Source: an uncultured Spirochaetota bacterium
GTDB taxonomy: Bacteria; Spirochaetota; Spirochaetia; SZUA-6; Fen-1364
Direction of reading: 5' to 3'
NCBI GenBank assembly: GCA_963820435.1
Contig: CAWGAC010000018.1
Span: forward strand, 257,544-321,543
DNA length: 64,000 nt
Shown: piece by piece, positions 26,558-36,706 of the stretch
How the letters are laid out: every line of letters begins with the position of its first letter
How positions within the stretch are numbered: the first letter of the stretch is position 1
Translations under genes and position numbers: made by a program
Notes under the pieces: generated by a model
Told to the model about the DNA's origin: nothing
The model's database searches: none
Seen by the model: the letters and a program-made list of their open reading frames with translations, nothing else

Positions 26558-27809
26558 ATGGCCGAGACCGGGAAGAAGAAATACGGGAAGGGCGCTCTCA
26601 TCTACATCGAATCGGATGAGGAAAGCGACGATGTGTTCGTGCTCGAAACGGGTGAAGTGGAGCTGACGGGAACCCCGGGCTTGCCGCGCTTCCGGTCCCT
26701 CCTGGGACCCGGGGATATCTTCGGCTTCACCTCCTGCCTCTGCCGCCGTCCCCGCATGGAAACCGCGATTGCCCGCACGGACTGCATGTGCGCCGTGCTC
26801 GAACGCGAACGATTCATCGAATCGGTAGAGGCCAATCCCGAGGTGGCCGGCCGCATCATCTCCTACTTCGCCCAGGAGCTGCGCGCGTTCGACGAAATGG
26901 TGGTCTCCCCCTCCGAGGAGGCAAGCGTTTCCGACGACGAGACGCGCCTGTATGAGCTTGCCGAGTACTATCAGAAAAAGCGCAAGGAGGCGCATGCGCG
27001 TCATGCGCTGGGGCGTCTACCAGCGCCGATTTCCGGGCGGGTCACGCGGCGCCGAGGCCGCGGCGCATATCGCCTCGCTCACGGGCACGGTTGGCCCCCC
27101 GGCCGCGCCGGTCACGCGCGGTCTCTGCAGGGTGTTCGCCGACCGGCAGATGATCTTCTGCGAGTATGAGCCGGGAAACGAGCTGTACATCATCAAGTCG
27201 GGAAAGGTGGAGATACTGAAGATCAATCCGCCCGAGGAGATACTGCTGTCGATCCTGCGGGAGGGCGACATTTTCGGGGAGCTCTCGATCGTCTCCAGCG
27301 CCCCCCGCAGCGCTACCGCGGTGAGCGCGGGAGAGACGCTGCTTCTTCCCGTCTCCCGCGAATCGCTGCCGTCGGTTTTCGGAAAGTCCCCGGCAACGGT
27401 CGGGCGCATCCTCGCCGCCCTCAGCCAGCGGCTGTGGTTCACGTTCATCCGTCTGCGCGCGAAGGTCTATGAGAACCCGCTCACCCGGGCGTACGTGCTT
27501 CTGGAAAACAAGCTCCTGGAAGACCGGGTATCCCTTACCAGCACCAAGCCGTATACGCTGCCTCTGGGCATCGCGGACATCCTCGGCATGGCCGGCGTGC
27601 CCTCGGATCAGATGGACAGCGTAAAGGGCCTGCTCTCGGACGATCGCAACCTCGCCTTCCAGTTCCGGCAGCTCACCATCGAGAACCCCAGCGCCCTGGA
27701 AGCTAAGGCGCGATATTTCCGCACGCGGGACCATCTGGACAGTCCCGAGCTGAAAGCCGCCGTCTCCCCGAGAAAGCGCGCCGGGCAGGATCGGACTGGA
27801 CATGCATGA
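26558..27809 (+). CDS. protein with two cyclic-nucleotide-binding (cNMP/CAP-effector) domains, frame broken once near 27012
   Basis: Domain 1 is ..IYIESDEESDDVFVLETGEVELTG..GPGDIFGF.. Domain 2 is ..YEPGNELYIIKSGKVEILK..LREGDIFGELSIVSSAPRSATAV.. The shift is in ctggggcgtc (HARHALG | VYQRRFPGG). Confidence 0.8.
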
Positions 27810-27881
27810 GCTGCGTGTCCCTCCAGAGAAGATCCCGGGATAAACCCGCAAGCTCGCGGATGGACTCCTGAGATCGTCGGC

Positions 27882-27903
27882 CCTTCGAGACTACTCTCGA
27901 AGG
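27882..27903. terminator. 8-bp stem hairpin between convergent genes (CCTTCGAG-actact-CTCGAAGG)
   Basis: The inverted repeat is perfect and the GH42 stop codon sits in the loop. There is no U-tract, so terminator function is uncertain. Confidence 0.3.
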
Positions 27904-29916
27904 ACAAGGACGCCCTTGGCAAGGAGCTCCACGCTCCCGCCGACCCTCCCCCCGCCCAGCAGGTCGGTCAGGTGCCGGGCGCCGAAGTCGATTCTCACCG
28001 CCGCGTCGTTGTGATTGAGGACGAACAGAAACGATTGCCCGTCCTTGGTTCTCCGCGTTGCTTCAACGCCCGCAGGCGCGCGCATGACGGACTCGACATT
28101 TTTCTCCTCAGCCAGGACCGCAGCCAGCCGTGACAAAAACTTCTTCTCGGGCACGGTTGCCAGGTACCACGCTGAGCCCGACATCACGCGGTTTCTTGTC
28201 AGACACGGCATTCCCTTGTAGAAGTCCGCGCCGTATTCGGCCAGCACCTCGGCGCCTTCCGCGTGGAGCAGGTCGCAGAGCAGGCCGCACTCGAATGAGC
28301 CCGCCAGATTGCCCATGGCCTTTTTCATGATCATCGGAGTTCTTCTGGTCCGGCAGAAGGGCGTCGATCTCCTCCACCCAGATCCCCAGCAGCGAGCGAA
28401 GCTCCCCCGGGTAACCGCCCAGGGTCACGAGATCGTACTGGTTCACGATTCCGCTGAAGAAGGTCGTGAGGAGCGTGCCGCCGCGCTCCACGAACTCCGA
28501 CAAGCGGCGGGCGACTCCCGGCTTGAGCATGTAGAGCACCGGCGCCACCACCACCTCGTAGCGGGCAAGGTCGTGCTCTTCACCGACCATGTCCACGGAA
28601 TAGTTCTGAGACCAGAACGCCTCGTGCCACGCGCTGACCTGCGCCACGTACTTCAAGGCCACGCTGGGGCCCGAGCTCATCTCCACCGCCCACCAGTTCT
28701 CCCAATCGAAGAGCACGGCAATCCTGGATTCCACCCTGGAGTCCACAAGCGCGTCCCCAAGTCCGGCAAGCTCGCGGCCGAGCGCCGCCACTTCACGGAA
28801 CACGCGCGTGTTCTCGTGACCTGCATGGGCAATGACCGCGCCGTGGTATTTCTCACATGCCCCGCGTGATCTCTTCAGCTGGAAAAACTGCACCGTGTCG
28901 GCGCCCCGCGCCACCGCCTGCCAGCTCTGAAGCCGCATCACCCCCGGCCGCTTCAGGCTGTTGTACGGCTGCCAGTTCTGCTGGCTGGGGGTCTGTTCCA
29001 TGAGCATGAAGGGCTGCCCCGCTTTCAGCCCCCGCATGAGGTCGTGCCGCATTGCAATGTCGCTGACGGGCGTGTCCAGGCTCGGGTAGCTGTCCCAGGA
29101 GACGACGTCCATCTCCCGCGCCCACCGAAAGTAGTCCAGTGACTTGAATGTGCCCATCAGGTTTGTCGTGACGGGAACATCGGGCGTCAGCGACTTGATG
29201 GCGTCGCGCTCCGCCTTGAAACATTCCAGAATGCTCTCGGAGTTGAACCGGTAGTAGTCGAGAGTGATTCCTTGGAAAACGGTGCGAGTGGCATCCAGGT
29301 GCTCGCTCAGAAGGCTCGGGAGCACGATCTGATCCCAGTCGGTGAAGGTGTGTCCCCAGAAGCTCGTATTCCAGGCATCATTCAGCGCAGTGAGAGTGCC
29401 ATAGCGCTGTTTCAGCCACTGGCGGAATGCCCGCTCGCAGGTGTCGCAATAACAGCTTCCCCCGTACTCATTGCCCACGTGCCACGCAACAAGAGCCGGG
29501 TGCTTCCCGTAGCGCTCCGCCATCCTGCGGGCAAGAGCGGGCGCGAATCGGCGGAAGGTGGGGCTGTTCGGACAGAAGTTGTGCCTCCCGCCGAACTTCC
29601 GCCTGTACCCCTCAATTGTCGTCCGCAGCACATCCGGATAGCGAGTGGCCATCCAGGCCGGCACGGCGCCGGTGGAGGTGGCGATGCAGGCGTAGATCCC
29701 GTGCGTGGACAGAAGGTCCATGACCCTGTCCAGCCAGGAAAAATCGTATGTGGACTCGTCGGGCTGGAGTTTTGCCCACGCAAACACGGTCAGCCTTGCC
29801 ACGTCAATGCCGGCCAGCTTGAGAAGCCTCATGTCCTCCTGCCAGGTCTCTTCGGGCCATTGGTCGGGATTGTAGTCCCCGCCGTACCAGATTTTGGGCA
29901 GCTTCGTACTGATCAT
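27891..29916 (-). CDS. beta-galactosidase, glycoside hydrolase family 42, frame broken once near 28340
   Basis: The N-terminus is MISTKLPKIWYGGDYNPDQWPEETWQEDMRLLK.. It has a Zn-site pattern (CPNS..CYCDTC) and catalytic regions NEYGG and MEQTPS. The C-terminal domain continues in ORF 27891..28334. SD ggagg is present. Confidence 0.9.
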
Positions 29917-30058
29917 GAACGCTCCTCCCCGCGAGTATAACCGCGGGCTTCCTGATGGGGAATGGGAGGGCGGACGGCGGGCGGCCCGGCTTGGAATAAG
30001 ACGGTCCGCCGGGGCCCCGCGCTTGACGCGTCCCTTTTCGAGGAGTAGAGATAACTCC

Positions 30059-32677
30059 ATGAGAAGGCCAGCTTCATCGGTCGCAACCGCCGACCAGGAA
30101 CGGACCCTCCTCACGGCGTGCGCGCTTTCTCCCGAGGAATGCCTCGCGCACCTGGCCACCCGTGAAAAGGGCCTGTCGGAAGAAGAGGCCGAGGAGAAGC
30201 GCAGGCAGTTCGGGACCAACGAGGTGATCACCAAGAAGGGCGGGGCGCTCCTGCGCACCTACCACCGGTTCGCCAACCCGCTCGTCATCCAGCTCCTGAT
30301 CATCGCCGGGGTTTCCTTCATCATGGGGGATCTGCGCTCCACCATCGTGGTGGGCGGCATGGTGCTCATCAGCGTCGGGCTCTCCTCCCTCCAGGAGGAG
30401 AGATCGGGGCGCGCGGTGGAGAAGCTCCAGGCCATGGTCCGCACGACGGTGAACGTGCTGCGGGAGGGCAAGGACACGGAAATCCCGCTGGCGCAGATCG
30501 TCCCGGGAGACGTGGTCCTGCTGGACGCCGGTTCGCTCGTGCCCGCCGACCTGCGGCTGATCGTCGACCAAGGACTTCTTCGTCAGCCAGAGCGCCCTGA
30601 CGGGGGAGTCGATGCCGGTGGAGAAAAGCGCCGCCGCGGTGCCGGGCAACGGCAAATCGGCGCTCGAGCTTCCCAACGCGTGCTTCCAGGGCACCAACGT
30701 GCTCTCGGGAACCGCGCGGGGGGTGGTGGTCAACACGGGGGCCCGGACGTACTTCGGCGCCATCACCCGCAAGCTTGCCGGCCAGCGCTCGAAGACGAGC
30801 TTCGACAAGGGAATTGCGGGATTCACCTGGCTCATGATCCGTTTCATGGTGGTGATGGTGGCCGTGGTGTTCCTCATCATCGGCCTCACGAAGCACAACT
30901 GGGTGGAGGCCCTGCTCTTCGGCCTGGCCGTCGCCGTCGGGCTCACCCCCGAGATGCTCCCGATGATCGTCACGGTGAACCTGGCCAAGGGCGCCCTGGC
31001 GATGTCGAGGAAGAAGGTCATCGTCAAGCGTCTGAACTCCATCCAGAACTTCGGCGCCATCGACATCCTCTGCACCGACAAGACGGGCACCCTGACCCAG
31101 GACAGGGTCGTACTGGAAAAGTACGTGGACGTCTCCGGCAAGCAGAGCGACGAGGTGCTGCGCTACGCCTACATGAACAGCTTCTACCAGACGGGGCTGC
31201 GCAACCTCCTGGACCGGGCCGTGCTCGCGCACGGCGAGTTCGAGGTGGAGCGCCGCTGCAGGAAGGTGGACGAGATCCCGTTCGACTTCACGCGCAAGCG
31301 CATGTCGGTGGTCGTGGAATACGAAGGGCGACCACGTCCTGATCTGCAAGGGCGCCGTGGAGGACGTGTTCAAGGTCTGCGCCTCCTACCAGGTGGAAGA
31401 CGACATCCTTCCCCTGATCGACATGATCCGCCAGGACGTGCTGGAGGACTACGAGGCGCTGAGCGCGGACGGCTACCGGGTGCTCGCCATCGCCTACCGG
31501 GAGTTCCCGCGCGACAAGACGGTTTTCGCCGCCGCGGATGAGAGCGACCTGATCCTCCTGGGCTACATCGCCTTCTTCGATCCTCCCAAGGAGTCCACGG
31601 CGCAGTCCCTGAAGGCCCTGAAGGACGCGGGGGTCGCGGTGAAGATCCTCACCGGTGACAACGACCTGGTCACCCGCAAGGTCTGCAAGGACGTGGGCAT
31701 CGACGTGGAGCACCTCGTGACCGGGCCCCAGCTCCAGGGGCTCACGCCCGAGCAGCTGGTGGAGACCGCGGAGAAGGCCACCGTCCTCGCGCGCCTTTCC
31801 CCCACTCAGAAGGAGCAGGTCATCCAGGCCCTGCAGAGCAAGGGCCACGTCGTGGGGTTCATGGGGGACGGGATCAACGACGCCCCTGCCCTCAAGAAGG
31901 CGGACGTCGGGATCTCCGTGGACACCGCCGTGGACGTGGCCAAGGAGGCGGCCGACATCGTCCTGCTGGAGAAGAGCCTCCTCGTCCTGGACGACGGCAT
32001 CATCGAGGGCCGCAAGGTCTTCGGCAACATCATCAAGTACATCCGCATGGGGGCAAGCTCCAACTTCGGCAACATGTTCAGCGTCGTGGGCGGCAGCTAC
32101 TTCCTGCCCTTCCTCCCCATGCTGCCGATCCAGGTCCTCACGAACAACATGCTCTACGACATCTCCCAGATCGGGATCCCGTCCGACACGGTGGACCCGG
32201 AGTTCACCACCGTGCCGCGCAAATGGAACATCGGCAACATCAGGCGGTTCATGTACTTCATCGGGCCCATGAGCTCCATCTTCGACTATGCGACATACTT
32301 CCTCATGCTGTACTTCTTCGGGTGCATCGGGTTTACGGCGGCCGGCACGAGCCCGGACATGAAGGCGCACTACGAGGCGCTCTTCCACACGGGCTGGTTC
32401 GTGGAATCCATCCTCACCCAGACCCTCATCGTGCACGTCATCCGGACCCGAAAGATCCCCTTCATCCAGAGCCGCGCCAGCCCCGTCATGCTCTTCTTCA
32501 CCCTGCTGGTCATGGCCATCGGCGTCGCGCTCCCCTACACCCCGCTGGCGGGCTTTCTGGGCTTCGTGCCCCTGCCCGGCCATCTACTGGGCGTGGATCG
32601 CCGGATTCCTCGTGATCTACTGCGTGCTCACTCACCTGGTGAAGACCTGGTTCTTCAGGAAATTCGGAGTGGACTGA
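30059..32677 (+). CDS. mgtA: magnesium-translocating P-type ATPase MgtA, frame broken about 3 times
   Basis: Motifs TGES (SALTGESMPVEK), DKTGTLT, GDGINDAPALKKADVG and the MgtA-typical NNMLYDISQ. The shifts are near 30568, 31324 and 32578. The true C-terminus ..IYWAWIAGFLVIYCVLTHLVKTWFFRKFGVD ends at 32677. Confidence 0.9.
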
Positions 32678-32698
32678 AATGTCACCAGGAGTGACCGC

Positions 32699-33507
32699 AT
32701 GAAAAGCCTCCTGGATGCGCTTCAGGAAGGGCGGCTCATCGAGCTTCCCGAGATCGACAAGGGAAAGATCCTGAATCTCCTGGCCACCCTGATCGAGGCC
32801 ATCCCGGACTTCCGCAGCGGCGTCGATTTCGCGGGCGCCGTTGCGGCCCGGGAGACTGCGGCAAATACCGGCATCAGCTCTTGGATGGGCATGTCCCCAC
32901 GGCCGCGTCTCCGGTGAAGGAGAGCTGTTCTGCGCCATCGGCTGGAGCCCCACGGGCATCGACTACGGCGCTCCGGACGGCAAGCCCGTGCGCATCGTGG
33001 TCATGCATTACATCCCGGATTCGCAGAAGAACGTGTACCTGAGGGAGATCTCCGGCCTCGCCAAGGCGATCAAGAGCGAACCCCGCGCTGGGCGAGCTGT
33101 CCAGCCTGAAGGACCTCGGCGAAGTGAGGCACCGGCTCATCGATCTTCTGACCGCCGCCGTGGACAGCGCCCTCCCGGACGTGAAGGCGCGCATGATCCA
33201 GCTGGAGGCCAAGCAGGCCGTGTCCGCTCTTGCCGAGACGCTGCCGGCGGATGTTCTGGCGTCGCTCAACCTGATACCCCTCACCATCGTGGTCGTGCCC
33301 GGCGCAAAGCCCATCGTGCTGGCGCAGGACAAGGAAATCGTGCTGCAGATAGAGACCACACCTGAAATGGCGGCGCCGCTCGCCGCCCGCATCCCCTTTG
33401 ACAAGGCAGGATATCGCATCATCACGCGATCTGTTTCATCCTATCTGCCCGGATCGACTGCTGTATGACTGCATCGCGGTGAAGCTGGCGGGCAGCCAGA
33501 GCAAATA
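32699..33507 (+). CDS. PTS EIIA(Ntr/Fru)-type domain protein with extra C-terminal domain, frame broken 2-3 times
   Basis: The EIIA core RETAANTGIS|LGWACPHGRV..FCAIGWSP..PVRIVVMHYIP is spread over the frames of ORFs 32699, 32841 and 33124. The shifts are near 32879 and 33086. The end is either 33468 or 33507. Confidence 0.6.
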
Positions 33508-33520
33508 GAGGAGGACATCG

Positions 33521-34261
33521 ATGGCGGCACGAACGACCTACCAGGGCCTCGTGGAGAAGGTATTCTTCAAGGGTCGGAGCTCACGGGCGAGCGAGGCTTT
33601 TGCATATATCGCGGCGAACCTCTTTCTCCTCCTGGTCGTGTTCTACATCCTCCTCAATACGATTGTGTACGACTGGACGGGCGCCCTGTATACGCGGGGG
33701 TTTCATCTCAACACGGCCCTGGACAACCTGATCCCCTTTGCGCCGGCATGGGCCATCTTCTATCTGTACCTTTTCTATCCGCTCTCCGTTCTCACGATGG
33801 CCTGGTTCGCGCTCATTGAATACAAGAAAGGAATCGCCCTTGCCTTCTCCCTTGTGCTCATCAACCTGGCCGCGGACCTCGTCTACATCGTGTTTCCCGT
33901 GACCACGGATATCTACCGCGAGACGCTCCTGGCTCACCCTCTTGCCGGAAACCCCTTTGCCGCGGCGATGTACGCGCACTTTGGGAAGGACCCTTCGTTC
34001 AACTGCTTTCCCAGTCTCCATGCCGCGGTATCGGTGATCTGCTTCTACGCCTGGTACCGCTATGCGCGCGTGAAACCCAACAGGATCACGCGCGCAATCG
34101 CGATCGGGATGCTGGTCGTGGCGACGGGCGTCGTGCTCTCCACGCTTTTCGTCAAGCAGCACTACATCGCGGACGAGATTGCGGGCATCCTTCTCGCATG
34201 GGGAATCGGGAAATGGATGTTCGATCTCTTCTGGAAACCAAGGGCTCACGCCTCGGTGTAG
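33521..34261 (+). CDS. PAP2-superfamily membrane phosphatase/transferase
   Basis: About 6 TM segments, with PAP2 motifs ..CFPSLHAAVS.. and ..VKQHYIADEIAG.. Confidence 0.7.
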   Translation: MAARTTYQGLVEKVFFKGRSSRASEAFAYIAANLFLLLVVFYILLNTIVYDWTGALYTRGFHLNTALDNLIPFAPAWAIFYLYLFYPLSVLTMAWFALIEYKKGIALAFSLVLINLAADLVYIVFPVTTDIYRETLLAHPLAGNPFAAAMYAHFGKDPSFNCFPSLHAAVSVICFYAWYRYARVKPNRITRAIAIGMLVVATGVVLSTLFVKQHYIADEIAGILLAWGIGKWMFDLFWKPRAHASV

Positions 34262-34313
34262 CCGCGCCGCGGTACGGGAGTACCCGTTCGGCGGGCACGC
34301 CGGTACGCCGCGG
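34262..34313. repeat. degenerate REP-like element
   Basis: ccgcggtacgggagtacccgttcggcgggcacgccggtacgccgcgg has the same architecture as the elements at 26465 and 63572. Confidence 0.6.
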
Positions 34314-34359
34314 ATTTTCCCCTCCTGCTATAACAGTTCGTTAATAAATCTTCATCAAA

Positions 34360-34378
34360 CATTAATGCCTCATTAATG
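34360..34378. promoter_or_regulatory. two copies of the 8-bp palindrome CATTAATG, 11 bp apart, in an AT-rich patch upstream of the sigma gene
   Basis: cattaatg at 34360-34367 and 34371-34378, plus gttaataaa at 34339. The centre-to-centre spacing is one helical turn. Confidence 0.4.
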
Positions 34379-34432
34379 GAGCGCGGGCGCATCTGGGAGT
34401 AGATTCATCGCGTATACAGAAGTGAGGTGAGC

Positions 34433-35275
34433 ATGAATAACGCGCTGGCAAGAAGGGAACGCAGGCTCGCGGGGGAGGAAGACAATCTTCTTTCGCTGTA
34501 CCTCAAGGACATCAACAAGGTCTCGCTCCTCACCCGGAGCGAGGAGGAATCACTGGCCCGCGAGGCCGTCCGGGGAAACGCCCTGGCCAAGGAAAGGCTC
34601 ATTCGCGCAAATCTCCGGTTCGTGGTGAACGTCGCAAAGAAGTACCAGCATAAGGGGCTTCCGCTGGAAGACCTCATCAGCGAGGGAAACATCGGCCTCA
34701 TGCGCGCGATCGATCGCTTCGACGTGGAGAAGGGCTATCATTTCATCTCGTATGCCGTCTGGTGGGTCAAGCAGGCCATCCTGAGCGCCCTCAGCGAGAA
34801 ATCGCGGACGATTCGGCTTCCCACGAACAGGGCTCTCGAGCTGTCGAAGATCCAGCAGAACGAGGGGGAGAAGACCTCGGCCACCGGCAGCGCGGCCAGC
34901 CTGCTCAACGTCGGCCGGGAGCCTCTCTCCCTGGACGCGCCTTCCGGTCCGGATGAGGATTCCGCTCCCTTCGGTGAAACAGTGGAAGACAGGGCAGCCC
35001 CCCGGCAGGATGAGCTCGCCATTGAAAGCTGCCTGCGGGAAGAGATCAACGCGGTGCTCGGTTCTCTGGCCCGCAAGGAATCGGAAATCATCCAGTACCG
35101 GTTCGGCCTCAATGGCAGGAAGCCTCTCTCCCTCAGGGAACTGGGGGCGAGATTCAGGCTCACAAAGGAAAGAATTCGCCAGATCGAAAAGAAGGCGATC
35201 AGGCAGCTGCAGAGCTCCGCGCGGAGCGGCATGCTGCGCGCGTACATGGATGTCTCTGCCGACATGCCCGTATAA
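34433..35275 (+). CDS. RNA polymerase sigma factor, sigma-70 family (RpoD/RpoS-like, regions 1.2-4)
   Basis: Region 2 is LIRANLRFVVNVAKKYQHKGLPLEDLISEGNIGLMRAIDRFDVEKGYHFISYAVWWVKQAI. Region 4 is ..LSLRELGARFRLTKERIRQIEKKAIRQL. SD gaggtgag lies before the ATG at 34433. Confidence 0.9.
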   Translation: MNNALARRERRLAGEEDNLLSLYLKDINKVSLLTRSEEESLAREAVRGNALAKERLIRANLRFVVNVAKKYQHKGLPLEDLISEGNIGLMRAIDRFDVEKGYHFISYAVWWVKQAILSALSEKSRTIRLPTNRALELSKIQQNEGEKTSATGSAASLLNVGREPLSLDAPSGPDEDSAPFGETVEDRAAPRQDELAIESCLREEINAVLGSLARKESEIIQYRFGLNGRKPLSLRELGARFRLTKERIRQIEKKAIRQLQSSARSGMLRAYMDVSADMPV

Positions 35276-35280
35276 GGCGG

Positions 35281-36003
35281 CTAATACACCTTCACGAGCT
35301 GGGAAGCGCCGGACAGATTGTTCGTCTGGATCAAGGGGTTTCCCGCGTAGTAGAGAGTGGAGGCGCCGCTGGCGGAAAGGCTGATCTGGCTCGCGTTTAT
35401 CCACGCCTCGCTCGCCCCGCTCACTATTACCGTTGCCCGGGCGGCCGCGCACGACAGGAGATTGGCCGTGCTCGCTCCCGAGACGGTCACAGTTTCGCTG
35501 GTGGTCGTGCCGCCGATGCTCAGAGAGCTCGCTCCCGAGAGGTCGGCATTCACGGCAGTGCAGGACAGGCCCTTGATGTCCGCGAGACTTGCACCTGATA
35601 GCGTGACGTCCAGGGGCTGCGTCGATGTGAATCCGGAGTCCACCCGGGCCTCGGAGGCCCCTGACAGGTCGAGACCGACAAGGACGGGCATGTGCACTTC
35701 CGCGTTGAATGTGATGCCGTGGTAATTGTTGCCCTGCGCGAGCCCGATCAGCACCGAGCCGGCGCCGTTCCTTCTGACCTCCAGGTTGGGGAGGAGATTG
35801 TCGTCACAGGTCACTCTGACCGAATACGCCGTATCAGGCACCACGTGCACCCGGCATGCCTGGGTCGCGGCGATCGTGGAAAAGTCGGTGAAATTGTAGG
35901 TCGACGTCGTCAGGTAGCCCGATCCCTGCACGAGGGGAAAGAAATCGCACCCCGCCAGCAGCCCGACCACGGCCGCACACAGAGCGAGAAGAAGGCGCTT
36001 CAT
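35281..36003 (-). CDS. lipoprotein with head-GIN / DUF2807-type beta-helical repeats
   Basis: Lipobox GLLAGC, repeated LSGAS/VSGAS rungs and a C-terminal ..LSGASQLVKVY. It lies 5 nt from the convergent sigma gene. Confidence 0.75.
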   Translation of the reverse strand: MKRLLLALCAAVVGLLAGCDFFPLVQGSGYLTTSTYNFTDFSTIAATQACRVHVVPDTAYSVRVTCDDNLLPNLEVRRNGAGSVLIGLAQGNNYHGITFNAEVHMPVLVGLDLSGASEARVDSGFTSTQPLDVTLSGASLADIKGLSCTAVNADLSGASSLSIGGTTTSETVTVSGASTANLLSCAAARATVIVSGASEAWINASQISLSASGASTLYYAGNPLIQTNNLSGASQLVKVY

Positions 36004-36039
36004 GTCTATTGAACCCCCGGGAAGGAGAAACCCGTCACC

Positions 36040-36127
36040 GCGGCCGCTCCTGGCGGCATTTGCGGCCGCTCCTGGCGGCATTTGCGGCCGCTCCTGGCGG
36101 CATTTGCGGCCGCTCCTGGCGGCATTT
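36040..36127. repeat. 4 perfect tandem copies of a 22-bp unit (gcggccgctcctggcggcattt)
   Basis: Copies sit at 36040, 36062, 36084 and 36106. Each unit carries GCGGCCGC and a GCCGC-tcctg-GCGGC mini-hairpin. The array fills most of the 149-bp divergent intergenic region. Confidence 0.95.
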
Positions 36128-36152
36128 GCGCAATTCCAGTATGCTTTGAGTC

Positions 36153-36706
36153 ATGTCGACAATCACATCAGGCCCCCGTGCTGCCCCGGCGTCGCTGCCC
36201 CTCCGTCAGAGGCCGCTCGATATCGTGATCCTGGCGTATCTCATCTTCAACCTCGTTGCGATCACGTACCTGTTCGACCTGGAGCAGATCCTCATCCCCG
36301 ACACATCCCATTTCATCTATCCCGCATGGCCGCCCCGATTCATCGTGGATCTTTCTCACTGGTGGGGCCGGAATTTCGACCCCCTCCTCTATGCGCGGCC
36401 GCCCTGGTGGCGCGCGACGATCTGGATCGACGCGGTCCTCTTCGGGCCGTACTCCGTGTTCGCGATCTATGCTTTCATCAAGGGCAGGAACTGGATCAGG
36501 ATGCCGAGCATCATCTACGCCTCGGTCATGCTTACGAATGTCACCATTATCATGAGTGAAGAGATCTGGGGGCCGCACGCAACACCGCACCTGGCTGCGG
36601 TAGTGGGCGCCAACGCTTCCTGGGTGATCGTCCCCCTGCTTATTCTTTTCCCGGGATGCGCCGGGACCCGTTCCCCTCTTATTCTCCCCGCGCGGCCGCG
36701 GAGTAG
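36153..36706 (+). CDS. EXPERA-domain (TMEM97 / sigma-2 receptor / EBP-like, DUF2781) membrane protein; probable frame break near 36645
   Basis: ..NFDPLLYARPPWWRATIWIDAVLFGPYSVFAIYAFIKGRNWIRMPSIIYASVM.. aligns by eye with TMEM97 (..[36 protein letters not shown]..). A plausible end, ..LLILF|RMRRDPFPSYSPRAAAE-stop at 36706, needs a 1-nt shift in ttttcccggg. Confidence 0.75.

Noticed and set aside
29917-30058. Mg2+-sensing leader (M-box riboswitch or mgtL-type leader peptide) upstream of mgtA
   Set aside because: Only ~140 nt are shared with the divergent GH42 promoter. I could not recognise M-box conserved helices or a Pro-rich leader ORF. An Rfam scan would be needed to exclude it formally.
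36040-36127. Tandem 22-bp repeats as a possible CRISPR array
   Set aside because: The repeats are directly adjacent with no spacers, the unit is shorter than CRISPR repeats, and there are no cas genes in the window.
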